Positions 9,800 through 18,380 of a stretch of 64,000 bases of DNA are shown here, piece after piece. The notes below the pieces were generated by a model. It had not been told where the DNA came from. It made no database searches and was given only the letters and a program-made list of their open reading frames with translations. The stretch comes from Candidatus Ozemobacteraceae bacterium. GTDB lineage: Bacteria > Muiribacteriota > Ozemobacteria > Ozemobacterales > Ozemobacteraceae. The stretch lies in NCBI GenBank assembly GCA_965140445.1, contig OZ223236.1:2112001-2176000 (forward strand), given 5' to 3'. Numbering within the stretch: the first letter of the stretch is position 1; every line of letters begins with the position of its first letter. The position numbers were made by a program, and so were the translations under genes.

Positions 9800-11719
9800 A
9801 TGTCTGAAAATATACAGCTTAAGTTACCCGATGGAAAAATTATAGAAGTTAAATCTGGCGCAACAGTTTTTGATGCGGCAATGGTTATAGGGCCTGGTCT
9901 GGCAAAAGCCACACTGGCTGGGAAAATTAATGGAAAGCTTGTAGATCTAAGAACTGAGTTAAAGGATTCCGCCGACTTTGAAGTTGTGACCTTAAAATCT
10001 CCTGAAGCATGTGAAGTCTTCAGGCATTCGATGGCACACATTATGGCAGAAGCCGTTTTAAAACTTTTCCCTGAAGCTCAATTTGGAATCGGACCAACTA
10101 TTGAGAATGGTTTCTACTACGATTTCCTTCTATCAAGATCATTAACCCCAGAAGATCTTGAAACTATAGAGAAAGAAATGAAAACCATCATCAAGGCAAA
10201 GGGAGCATTTGAAAAGAAAGTTTGGAGCCGCGATGAGGCTCTGAAGTTTTTTACAGATACCAAACAGCCGTTCAAGGTAGAGCTTATTTATGATTTACCT
10301 GAAAATGAAGTTATTTCTACTTATTCTCATGGAGAATTTACAGATCTTTGTCGCGGTCCTCATGTGCAGGATGTCGGCGTCGTAAAGAATTTTAAACTTC
10401 TTTCAATTGCAGGTGCATATTGGAGGGGTGATGAAAAGCGCCCAATGCTCCAAAGAATCTACGGAACTGCTTTTGCAAACAAAGAAGAAATGGCTGAACA
10501 TCTTCATCAGCTTGAAGAAGCTAAGAAAAGAGATCATAGAAAGCTCGGTAAAGAACTTGACCTGTATTCAATCCACGAAGAAGTTGGACCAGGATTGGTT
10601 TTCTGGCATCCAAAAGGCGCAAGAATTCGTCATGAAATTGAGAAGTTCTGGAAAGACGCGCATTATAACAATGGATATGAATTAATTTATAGTCCTCATG
10701 TTGGACAGAGTTGGCTATGGGAAACTAGTGGACATCTGGGTTTCTATAAAGACACTATGTATAGTCCAATGGAAATTGATAATGCGGATTACTTCATTAA
10801 GCCAATGAACTGTCCTTTCCATATTATGATCTATAAAACTCAAAATAGATCATATCGCGATTTGCCTTTACGCTGGGCCGAGCTGGGAACTGTTTACAGA
10901 TATGAAAAAAGTGGAGTTCTGCACGGAATGCTTAGAGTTCGTGGCTTTACTCAGGATGACGCGCATATCATTTGTACTCCAGAACAGATTGAAGCAGAAA
11001 TTCGTGAAGTTTTGCGCTTCAGTTTATCAATGTGGAAAGCTCTTGGTTTTTCTGAAATCAAAGCTTATTTGGCTACACGGCCTGAAAAAGCTGTTGGTGA
11101 GCAGAGCAGATGGGATCAAGCTATTGAATCTCTTGAAAGAGCTGTTGAAGCTGAAGGACTTGAGTGCGAGTTGGATGAAGGCGGCGGAGCTTTCTATGGC
11201 CCTAAAATTGACTTGAAAATCAAAGATGCCCTTGGAAGAGAATGGCAGATGACAACAATTCAATTTGATTTTAATCTTCCTGAAAGATTTGATATGACTT
11301 ACATCGGCTCTGATGGAAATAAGCATCGGCCTTATATGGTTCATAGAGCATTGCTTGGATCTCTTGAAAGATTCTTCGGTGTATTAATTGAAAATTATGC
11401 AGGCGCAATGCCTTTGTGGCTAGCACCTGTTCAAGCTGTGGTTTTACCAATCTCTGAAAAGCACTCTGAATATAGCAGAGAGGTTATTAAAAAACTAAAA
11501 GCTTCTGGAATCAGATGTGAATTAGACGATAGAAGCGATAAGATTAGTTATAGAATCAGGCAGGCACAGCTTGAGAAGATCACTTTTATGATTATCATAG
11601 GTGATCAGGAAGCAAATGACGGAACAGTAACCGTTAGAATGAGAAACGGTGAAAACCTTACTGGCATTAATCTTGAAGAATTTATTAAGGAACAGGAATG
11701 GAAAAAAGTTTTAGCCTAA
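9800..11719 (+). CDS. thrS: Threonine--tRNA ligase
   Basis: TGS domain, RHSMAH, DLCRGPH, KPMNCPFH, LRVRGFTQDDAH, HRALLGSLERF and an anticodon-binding domain. Confidence 0.98.
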   Translation: MSENIQLKLPDGKIIEVKSGATVFDAAMVIGPGLAKATLAGKINGKLVDLRTELKDSADFEVVTLKSPEACEVFRHSMAHIMAEAVLKLFPEAQFGIGPTIENGFYYDFLLSRSLTPEDLETIEKEMKTIIKAKGAFEKKVWSRDEALKFFTDTKQPFKVELIYDLPENEVISTYSHGEFTDLCRGPHVQDVGVVKNFKLLSIAGAYWRGDEKRPMLQRIYGTAFANKEEMAEHLHQLEEAKKRDHRKLGKELDLYSIHEEVGPGLVFWHPKGARIRHEIEKFWKDAHYNNGYELIYSPHVGQSWLWETSGHLGFYKDTMYSPMEIDNADYFIKPMNCPFHIMIYKTQNRSYRDLPLRWAELGTVYRYEKSGVLHGMLRVRGFTQDDAHIICTPEQIEAEIREVLRFSLSMWKALGFSEIKAYLATRPEKAVGEQSRWDQAIESLERAVEAEGLECELDEGGGAFYGPKIDLKIKDALGREWQMTTIQFDFNLPERFDMTYIGSDGNKHRPYMVHRALLGSLERFFGVLIENYAGAMPLWLAPVQAVVLPISEKHSEYSREVIKKLKASGIRCELDDRSDKISYRIRQAQLEKITFMIIIGDQEANDGTVTVRMRNGENLTGINLEEFIKEQEWKKVLA

Positions 11720-12051
11720 CATTGAAAGATGTTGGTGATATCATTTACCGCATCACTCAGCGTTATCTGTTCAGGAAAAACATTGACCTGGGCATGGACG
11801 TTACTATTCAGGAAAGTCCGCTCCAGGAAATGCATGTGTTGCGTCTTCTAGACAATACCAGGCTCTTAGTAAAAATTTTCCCTCATAAAAACTTTTCTCA
11901 GGATCTTGTGTTCAGGATCGAGGTTTATAAAACCAGAGAAGGCGATATGAGGGGTAATAAAATCGCATTTATGGAAGCTTCGCGCCACGATGATGCAGTA
12001 GATGAAATTCATCGTTTTGTTCAGAGCTACCTTTCACAGTTAGGTTTCTAG
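11698..12051 (+). CDS. Hypothetical protein
   Basis: 117-aa ORF overlapping the thrS 3' end by 22 nt, with an AAGGA RBS-like element; fills the gap to the next gene. Confidence 0.6.
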   Translation: MEKSFSLTLKDVGDIIYRITQRYLFRKNIDLGMDVTIQESPLQEMHVLRLLDNTRLLVKIFPHKNFSQDLVFRIEVYKTREGDMRGNKIAFMEASRHDDAVDEIHRFVQSYLSQLGF

Positions 12052-12075
12052 CTAAATTTAAAACAGGAGAGTTTT

Positions 12076-12261
12076 ATGCAGGCAGTAATCGATTCGACAA
12101 AAGGTGCTTTTTTCAGGTGTCTACTTGAAAATGGTGATTTGCTTAATGTTCACAAGTCTTCGTTACCAGAAAACGCTCAAATTGGAAGTGTAATAAAAAT
12201 TAACTTTGAATTAGATACAGAAGCTACAGAAAAACAGCAAAAATTAATGAAGAAATCTTAG
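12076..12261 (+). CDS. Small protein, DUF3006-like
   Basis: Strong AGGAG RBS. Pattern AVID......LE....L.V....LP.....G.V resembles DUF3006. Confidence 0.6.
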   Translation: MQAVIDSTKGAFFRCLLENGDLLNVHKSSLPENAQIGSVIKINFELDTEATEKQQKLMKKS

Positions 12262-12269
12262 TTGTCGGT

Positions 12270-14345
12270 GTGATGACCAGGATTTTTAAAGGACTCTTTT
12301 ATCTTTTCGTTTTTCTTTCCATCCTTCTCCCTGTATCAGGAGAGGACGGAGAGTCTTTGCTACTTAAAAAGTCAAAGATTCTTGTGGAAAAGGGCGTCAA
12401 AGCTGAAAAGCGAGGGGAAATTGAAGAGGCGGTTGCCTCATTTGAAGAAGCATACAACGTATATCCAAAAAATATTCTTCCCCTACTATTGTGGGGGAAG
12501 ACTTTATGTAACGTTGGTATGTTCGAAAGAGCTGAAGAGCTTCTAAAAAAAATCCCATTAGATAAACTGCCTCCGGCAGGGCAATCTGAAGTTCATATGC
12601 TATTAGCTCGAATAGATGTGGCTTCAAATAATATAGAAAGCGCAGCTTTCTCTTATTCTAACGCTTTAAAAGCAAATAAGAAAAATGATTCCGCAAGAGT
12701 CAGATTGGCAATGATTAATCAGATCTTGCGCCTTGATTCCAGGGCAGAAGAGCTTCTGGCTGATTATGAGGATTTTGTCGGGTTATCATTTAAAGACCAA
12801 CTATTGGCGTATTTTATTGATGTAAGACAGGGAAATCTGGGAAGAGCTTTTTCTTCTGCGGGCGAGCTCTGTTCAAAAATGAATGAAAAGATTTATGTGG
12901 AAGAACAAAAACCATTCCTTTTAGCTCTATGGCGTATTCAGCCGGTTACATTCCTTGTAAATCTTCCCCTGGCAATAAGTGGAATCCTGGCAATGATTTA
13001 TTTTGTATCAATCTTAGCCGGATTAGTATTTTTAGCCTCCAGACTATCAAGCTCAACTGCTTTGTGGCATGACTTTGCATTTATTCTGGCCGGAACGGCT
13101 TTCTTTTTGGTAACTCAACATTTTTCGGCTGATAGTGCTTTTAAAGCAGCGTTATTAGACGATTTTTCTCCGAATGACAGTTTATGGATTTTTCCAAGAC
13201 TGCTAATCAGCGCAAATCTTATTACAATAGCTCTTTACGCAGTGTTTCCAATGTTTCGATTGTTACCGGAAGAGCTCAGACCCAGGCGTTATGAGTATTA
13301 TGGAGTTTGGTTCTTTTGCTTTTGGTTCACCATTCTAGTTCTTTCATACCAAAGTAGAATGATGTTTTCCACAAGAATGATTTATATCTCTGTAAGCCTT
13401 TTTATGGCTGGGCTTACTTCCTTTATTATTCCTCTTGGAAGATTTCTGTTATACAAAATCTCTATGGTTTTTGGCTTTGGACAAGTTGGTGAGATTAGTG
13501 GAACAGATTTGCGAAAGAAGAAAGATATTAGCTTTACTGATGCAAAGATTTTGGAGACAAAATGCTGGAAATTGATACATCAGGAAGATTTTGATGAAGT
13601 AATTTTTACTGGCCGTAGAGTTCTTGGTACTCTGGATAAAAAGAATTTTCCTTCTCTATGGAAGGCGATGATATTTGCTTTTGTGCAGAAAGAAGACTTT
13701 TTTGAGGCACAGAAATGGGTTTCAGATTACGAAAAGAGTTTTGCTAATTCATCGTTGCTGGAGTCCGGGCAGCTTTTTAATGCTTATATAAAAGCTTTTT
13801 TGGGAGATTTTGCTGCAGCATTGAAAATAATAAGGGCAATGTCTGATGTTAGAATTAAGTCTTTTAACAACGATGAAACTGCCATTTGCTTATTAACTCT
13901 GGGGAGATGTGATCTGGCATATAAGGAGCACGTACAGGCGCACATTGATTTAACCAAGGCGTTCGATTGTGCAAAGCTCCCCTTGATTAAGGCTGAAGCG
14001 CTTTTTGAACTAGCTGAATTGGATTTTCGAATGAATTCGGAAGAAGCCGTTAAAAAATGGGTTGAAAAGAGTCGCGAAATAAAAGGTGGAGCAAAAACTA
14101 ATTCTCTCAACCTCTCTGTAGAATCAATTGGGGCATTTACAGCTCAAGATCCGGTGAAAGCTATTGAATTTGCTGAGAAAGCTTCTGATAATAAGATAAA
14201 GAACAGTAGGGCAACATATTGGCATGGCCATATGCTTTGTATGTTAAAAAGAGCGGGCGAAGCCGAAGTGCTTATGCAAACAATGACTGCTGGAACTTAT
14301 GATTCGAATCGCTTAATGGAAGAAGTAACAGGAACGCCTTCCTGA
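12270..14345 (+). CDS. TPR-containing integral membrane protein
   Basis: Signal peptide, N-terminal TPR helices, ~5 central hydrophobic segments and C-terminal TPR-like helices. Confidence 0.7.
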   Translation: MMTRIFKGLFYLFVFLSILLPVSGEDGESLLLKKSKILVEKGVKAEKRGEIEEAVASFEEAYNVYPKNILPLLLWGKTLCNVGMFERAEELLKKIPLDKLPPAGQSEVHMLLARIDVASNNIESAAFSYSNALKANKKNDSARVRLAMINQILRLDSRAEELLADYEDFVGLSFKDQLLAYFIDVRQGNLGRAFSSAGELCSKMNEKIYVEEQKPFLLALWRIQPVTFLVNLPLAISGILAMIYFVSILAGLVFLASRLSSSTALWHDFAFILAGTAFFLVTQHFSADSAFKAALLDDFSPNDSLWIFPRLLISANLITIALYAVFPMFRLLPEELRPRRYEYYGVWFFCFWFTILVLSYQSRMMFSTRMIYISVSLFMAGLTSFIIPLGRFLLYKISMVFGFGQVGEISGTDLRKKKDISFTDAKILETKCWKLIHQEDFDEVIFTGRRVLGTLDKKNFPSLWKAMIFAFVQKEDFFEAQKWVSDYEKSFANSSLLESGQLFNAYIKAFLGDFAAALKIIRAMSDVRIKSFNNDETAICLLTLGRCDLAYKEHVQAHIDLTKAFDCAKLPLIKAEALFELAELDFRMNSEEAVKKWVEKSREIKGGAKTNSLNLSVESIGAFTAQDPVKAIEFAEKASDNKIKNSRATYWHGHMLCMLKRAGEAEVLMQTMTAGTYDSNRLMEEVTGTPS

Positions 14346-14369
14346 ATCAGGATTTTATAGTTAATTTCT

Positions 14370-16487
14370 ATGTCAGAAGGAACTGAAGAAAATACTAAGA
14401 GTTTAAAAGAACGTTTGCCGGACGTGCTGGGGCTACTGGGAAGCGTGGTTGTTATATTTATTGCTTATCTGGTTTTCACTAATAAGATCCCAAAAAAATT
14501 TACTTCGTATTTTTCTTATTTCTATTTGTTTGCACTTTTTGGAGTCCTTGGCATACTCGGGGAAAAGCTTGCTACTACTCTTTTATCTTTCCTCCTGCCG
14601 CTTGCATTAGGCGGGGCCACTTTAGCCTTAAAGTTTAAACCGACAAAATACCCTATTCAAGATTGGTGGGAACAATATTCAATCTTGGTTCTTCTATCTG
14701 CTGGATTTCTTATATTTTTGTTTTTTAAGGCAGAACAGCGAGGGGCTATGCCTGAGGGAGAGGGAAGTAATATTGGGTCCGATGGAAATTTTAAAACCCG
14801 TGTAGATCCTAAAGCCGCCCAGAAATACAGGGAGGATATGGCCAAGAAAAATAAAGCCAAAGGGGATGTTATGGATAACGCCTTAGGTAAAGGCGGAGAG
14901 GCCAAACCAGACGAAGAGGGTGAAAAGCAGGAGGGCGAAGAAGATAAACCTGAAGAACCTCTCGAAACTGCTGAAGAACGCATGGAAAGAGAAATGCGTC
15001 AAATAAAGGAAGAATTCAGCAAAAGATCTATGAAGTTGACAACAACTTTGATGAGGATTAAAAACCTCGCTAAAAGTCTTGATAGAGATCAGATTTTCAC
15101 AAACATAGTTGAAATTATCGCCAAGGGCATTGATGCAACAAAGGTTCACTTGCTCCTAAACAACGAAAAGGATGGAACCCTGATTTGTGTTAAAGCCGTT
15201 GGTTTAAAACCCAAAGAATATAGAGAAATAGTGGTGCCTCATGAAGAAAACAGCATGATCACTCATCTGCTTCGTCAAAGAATGAATGAAGTTACTGGCG
15301 GGGCAGGAGCTTTGGGGATTAAGGAATGCGAGCTTGATCCAAAAACAAAAGGGTTGATAGGGCAGGGCGTTCTTAAAACAACAATTGCAGCCCCAATTTA
15401 TGCCGAAGGAAAGCTATTTGCGATAATTAATGTTGAACAGATGAATAATCCTGATTATACGCGGGATGATCAAAACCTCTTGGCCACATGTGCTGATATT
15501 GCCGGTCTGGTTATGAAAAATGCAAAATTGTATTCTGCAACTATGGATGACCTGGTTTCTGCGCAAAAATTGAGTGAAGATCACTTAAAGAAAAATGAAG
15601 AGTTAAAAGGAAGTTTGGCGCGAATCGTTTCGCCAAGTGTTGCTGAAATGATCATGTCCGATCCTTCAGGACTGAAACTTGGAGGAAGCAAATGTGAAGT
15701 TACAATGTTTTTCTCCGATATTCGTGGTTTTACAAAAATGTCAGAAAACATGGATCCAACTGACATTGTAGAACAGCTGAATGTTTATTTCACAAGAATG
15801 ACGGATATTTTGATGGAGTTAGATGGAACTCTTGATAAATACGTTGGAGATGAGTTGATGGCCTTGTTTGGTGCTCCTGTTGCCAGGCCAGATGACCCTT
15901 TAAGGGCTGTTCTTTGTGGTGTGCGTATGCTTGAGGCTTTAAGAGAGCTTCAGGCCATGTGGGAGAAGGAAGGTAAGCCAGTTATCACAATTGGACTGGG
16001 AATTAATACTGGAGTCGTTACTGCTGGATACATGGGCAGTGAAAAGCAGCTTTCTTATACAGTTATCGGAGATAATGTTAACCTTGCGGCTCGTGTTATG
16101 TCCGTCGCAAAGGGAATGGAACTTTTTATTACCAGATCAACCTATGAAGCGGTTAAGGATTATTTCGATATAGAGCAGCGAGAGTCCATTATGGTTAAAG
16201 GTAAATCAATGCCGATTGAGATCTTTGATGTAAAAGGTATTAAGGCGGGAGTTGATCTTGGAGAGCTTATTCAGTCTGGAGTTGGCAGCGTTGTAAAGTC
16301 TCAGGAAAAAGAACAGTCAAAAAATGAAGCAACACCTGTAAGAGTTGAGCCTAAAATGTCCGAAGAGGATATGAAGCAAAATATTCAAATTGATGATAAG
16401 CCAAAGGTAATTGAGTGTCAGAATTGTGGTGTTGAAAATGATATGCAGGAAAAATTCTGCACCAAATGCGGTATGCCAATCTTCTAA
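14370..16487 (+). CDS. Membrane-anchored class III adenylate cyclase with GAF domain and C-terminal zinc ribbon
   Basis: N-terminal TM helices; GAF domain (IAAPIYAEGKLFAIINV...YTRDD.NLL); cyclase motifs FSDIRGFT, DKYVGD, GLGINTG, YTVIGDNVNLAAR; terminal CQNCG..FCTKCG. Confidence 0.9.
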   Translation: MSEGTEENTKSLKERLPDVLGLLGSVVVIFIAYLVFTNKIPKKFTSYFSYFYLFALFGVLGILGEKLATTLLSFLLPLALGGATLALKFKPTKYPIQDWWEQYSILVLLSAGFLIFLFFKAEQRGAMPEGEGSNIGSDGNFKTRVDPKAAQKYREDMAKKNKAKGDVMDNALGKGGEAKPDEEGEKQEGEEDKPEEPLETAEERMEREMRQIKEEFSKRSMKLTTTLMRIKNLAKSLDRDQIFTNIVEIIAKGIDATKVHLLLNNEKDGTLICVKAVGLKPKEYREIVVPHEENSMITHLLRQRMNEVTGGAGALGIKECELDPKTKGLIGQGVLKTTIAAPIYAEGKLFAIINVEQMNNPDYTRDDQNLLATCADIAGLVMKNAKLYSATMDDLVSAQKLSEDHLKKNEELKGSLARIVSPSVAEMIMSDPSGLKLGGSKCEVTMFFSDIRGFTKMSENMDPTDIVEQLNVYFTRMTDILMELDGTLDKYVGDELMALFGAPVARPDDPLRAVLCGVRMLEALRELQAMWEKEGKPVITIGLGINTGVVTAGYMGSEKQLSYTVIGDNVNLAARVMSVAKGMELFITRSTYEAVKDYFDIEQRESIMVKGKSMPIEIFDVKGIKAGVDLGELIQSGVGSVVKSQEKEQSKNEATPVRVEPKMSEEDMKQNIQIDDKPKVIECQNCGVENDMQEKFCTKCGMPIF

Positions 16488-16540
16488 ACTGATTCTATTG
16501 ATTATTTATTGCTGAAACTTGAGTTTAATCTGGGGGAAAA

Positions 16541-17245
16541 ATGAATAAGAAATCTGCTGTAACTTTGGTTGCTGCCGCATATATACTAGGTTTTAACGGG
16601 GCTTGCGATGCTTTGTCATTAGAGGCGAAAGCAGCAATAGAAGATTTACGAATCAAGCTTGAAAATAAGCAGACAGAGGTCGATGTTGCCCCTGAAATGG
16701 TAGCTTATCGCCCAGGAGATAGTTTAAGAGCAGCTCTTAGAAGGCTTAGGAAAACTATTCATTCAGATGAAAAAAAGATTATAGAAGAGAAGAAAAACTT
16801 CTCCGGGCCAACTGTAATCACTCAGGTTTCTTTTTTAGATGAGGGCTATAAAGTTGGAAATCTCCTGGCACCAAAAATTGAAAAACTCAGAAAGCTAAGA
16901 CAAAACAATTCAATTGCGCCTACAGAGCAGGTTGTTCTTATGGATGAAGATACTGTCCAGCTAACTGAAAAGACTATAACAGAAGAAAAACAGTCTTTGA
17001 ATAATTCTGAAACTTCAGAGAAAGAAGTTAAATCAGAAAAGGTCGAAAAAACTGAAAAATTGGTCAGATTAGAGAATAAAGCCAGTAATAGCAAAATAGA
17101 AAGCTTGAAAAAATCAATTTTGAATACTGAAGAGAATTCATTACCTAAAAGACCAGGAAAATCTTCTCAGGATAAAGAATTCAACGCAGATATTCGCAGA
17201 TACGAATTTAAAATGCCGGAAAACTATAGAATTATTGTTAGATAA
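16541..17245 (+). CDS. Hypothetical exported protein
   Basis: GGGGGA RBS, signal-peptide-like N terminus, K/E-rich body. Confidence 0.6.
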   Translation: MNKKSAVTLVAAAYILGFNGACDALSLEAKAAIEDLRIKLENKQTEVDVAPEMVAYRPGDSLRAALRRLRKTIHSDEKKIIEEKKNFSGPTVITQVSFLDEGYKVGNLLAPKIEKLRKLRQNNSIAPTEQVVLMDEDTVQLTEKTITEEKQSLNNSETSEKEVKSEKVEKTEKLVRLENKASNSKIESLKKSILNTEENSLPKRPGKSSQDKEFNADIRRYEFKMPENYRIIVR

Positions 17246-17333
17246 TTAAATTTAGCCAATTATCGGAATATTTATACACTTTGCTTTGCATTTGCCCTTG
17301 ATTCAAAACTGAATTAAAAGGTAAATTGTATGC

Positions 17334-18380
17334 ATGAAAAATATTTTCGATTCTATTCCAAAATTTATCTGGCCATTTCTGATTTTTTTGGCAATCGGCG
17401 GAATTAGCCTATTTGTATTTTTTCCAGTTCAGGAGAAAGAAGAAGTTGCTTTACCCAAGCCACCAGAGCTTTTTTCTTCCAGCTATATACAAATTGGCAC
17501 CGGAAACCCTCTGGGGACTTACTTCCCTGTAGGAAAGATCTTAGCAGAATGGTTTAATAAACAGTTAAACGGCGGAAATGAGCTATTTAGATCTGTCGAA
17601 ACAAATGGATCTATTGGCAATATTGAGCTCTTAAATGAAAAAAGAATCAGCTTCTGCATGGCCGAGTGCAGAATTGGCTCAGAATTTTTTGAAAAAAAGA
17701 AAAAGTCTGAACTAAGAATAGTATGGCCCCTGTGGCCAGATGTAGTTCAGATTATATGTGCCTCCGAAACAACCCCAGACATTACAGAACTTGCGAACTT
17801 ACCAGGATTTCTTGGTCAGAAAAATTCTTCAACCTTTAGAACCTCAAGCGAGATTTTTTCAATTTTTGGAATTGATTGGAAAAAGAGTGAAACTAATATT
17901 CAAACTTCAATGGTTGTGGATTCTTTAAAGGATAGTGGGGTCGCTTTTGCAACCATTCAAGCGGGAATCCCAAATCTTACAGTAAGCGATGCTCTACTAT
18001 TTAATAACTGCAAGCTTTTAAGTTTTTCAGATGATCAGGTTAAGAGACTTTTATCTGAGAATCAGACATTTCAACCAGCGATTATACCTGAAGGATATTA
18101 CGGCGAGAATCAAAAAGAGATTCACACGGTTGGTATTCTTAATGCTTTTTTTTCCAATGCCACAGTCTCTGATAAAACAGTTGAAGACATAGTCGAGTTG
18201 CTTGTTAAAGGCGCTCCTTACCTGGAAATAAAGCATAAAGCAACCTCTGCTATTCCGACTAATCTATCAGAAGCTTATCAGCTAATGAAGGAAACAAAAA
18301 TTCCTATTCACCAAGGGACTTTAAATTATTTGAAGAGATCGGCACCAGAACTTTTCGAGGTGAAAAATGTCGATGAATAA
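17334..18380 (+). CDS. TAXI-family TRAP transporter solute-binding subunit (membrane anchored)
   Basis: IGTG.P.GTYFPVG, ET.GS..NIELL, G...SST and C-terminal IPIHQG motifs; N-terminal TM helix. Confidence 0.85.
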   Translation: MKNIFDSIPKFIWPFLIFLAIGGISLFVFFPVQEKEEVALPKPPELFSSSYIQIGTGNPLGTYFPVGKILAEWFNKQLNGGNELFRSVETNGSIGNIELLNEKRISFCMAECRIGSEFFEKKKKSELRIVWPLWPDVVQIICASETTPDITELANLPGFLGQKNSSTFRTSSEIFSIFGIDWKKSETNIQTSMVVDSLKDSGVAFATIQAGIPNLTVSDALLFNNCKLLSFSDDQVKRLLSENQTFQPAIIPEGYYGENQKEIHTVGILNAFFSNATVSDKTVEDIVELLVKGAPYLEIKHKATSAIPTNLSEAYQLMKETKIPIHQGTLNYLKRSAPELFEVKNVDE

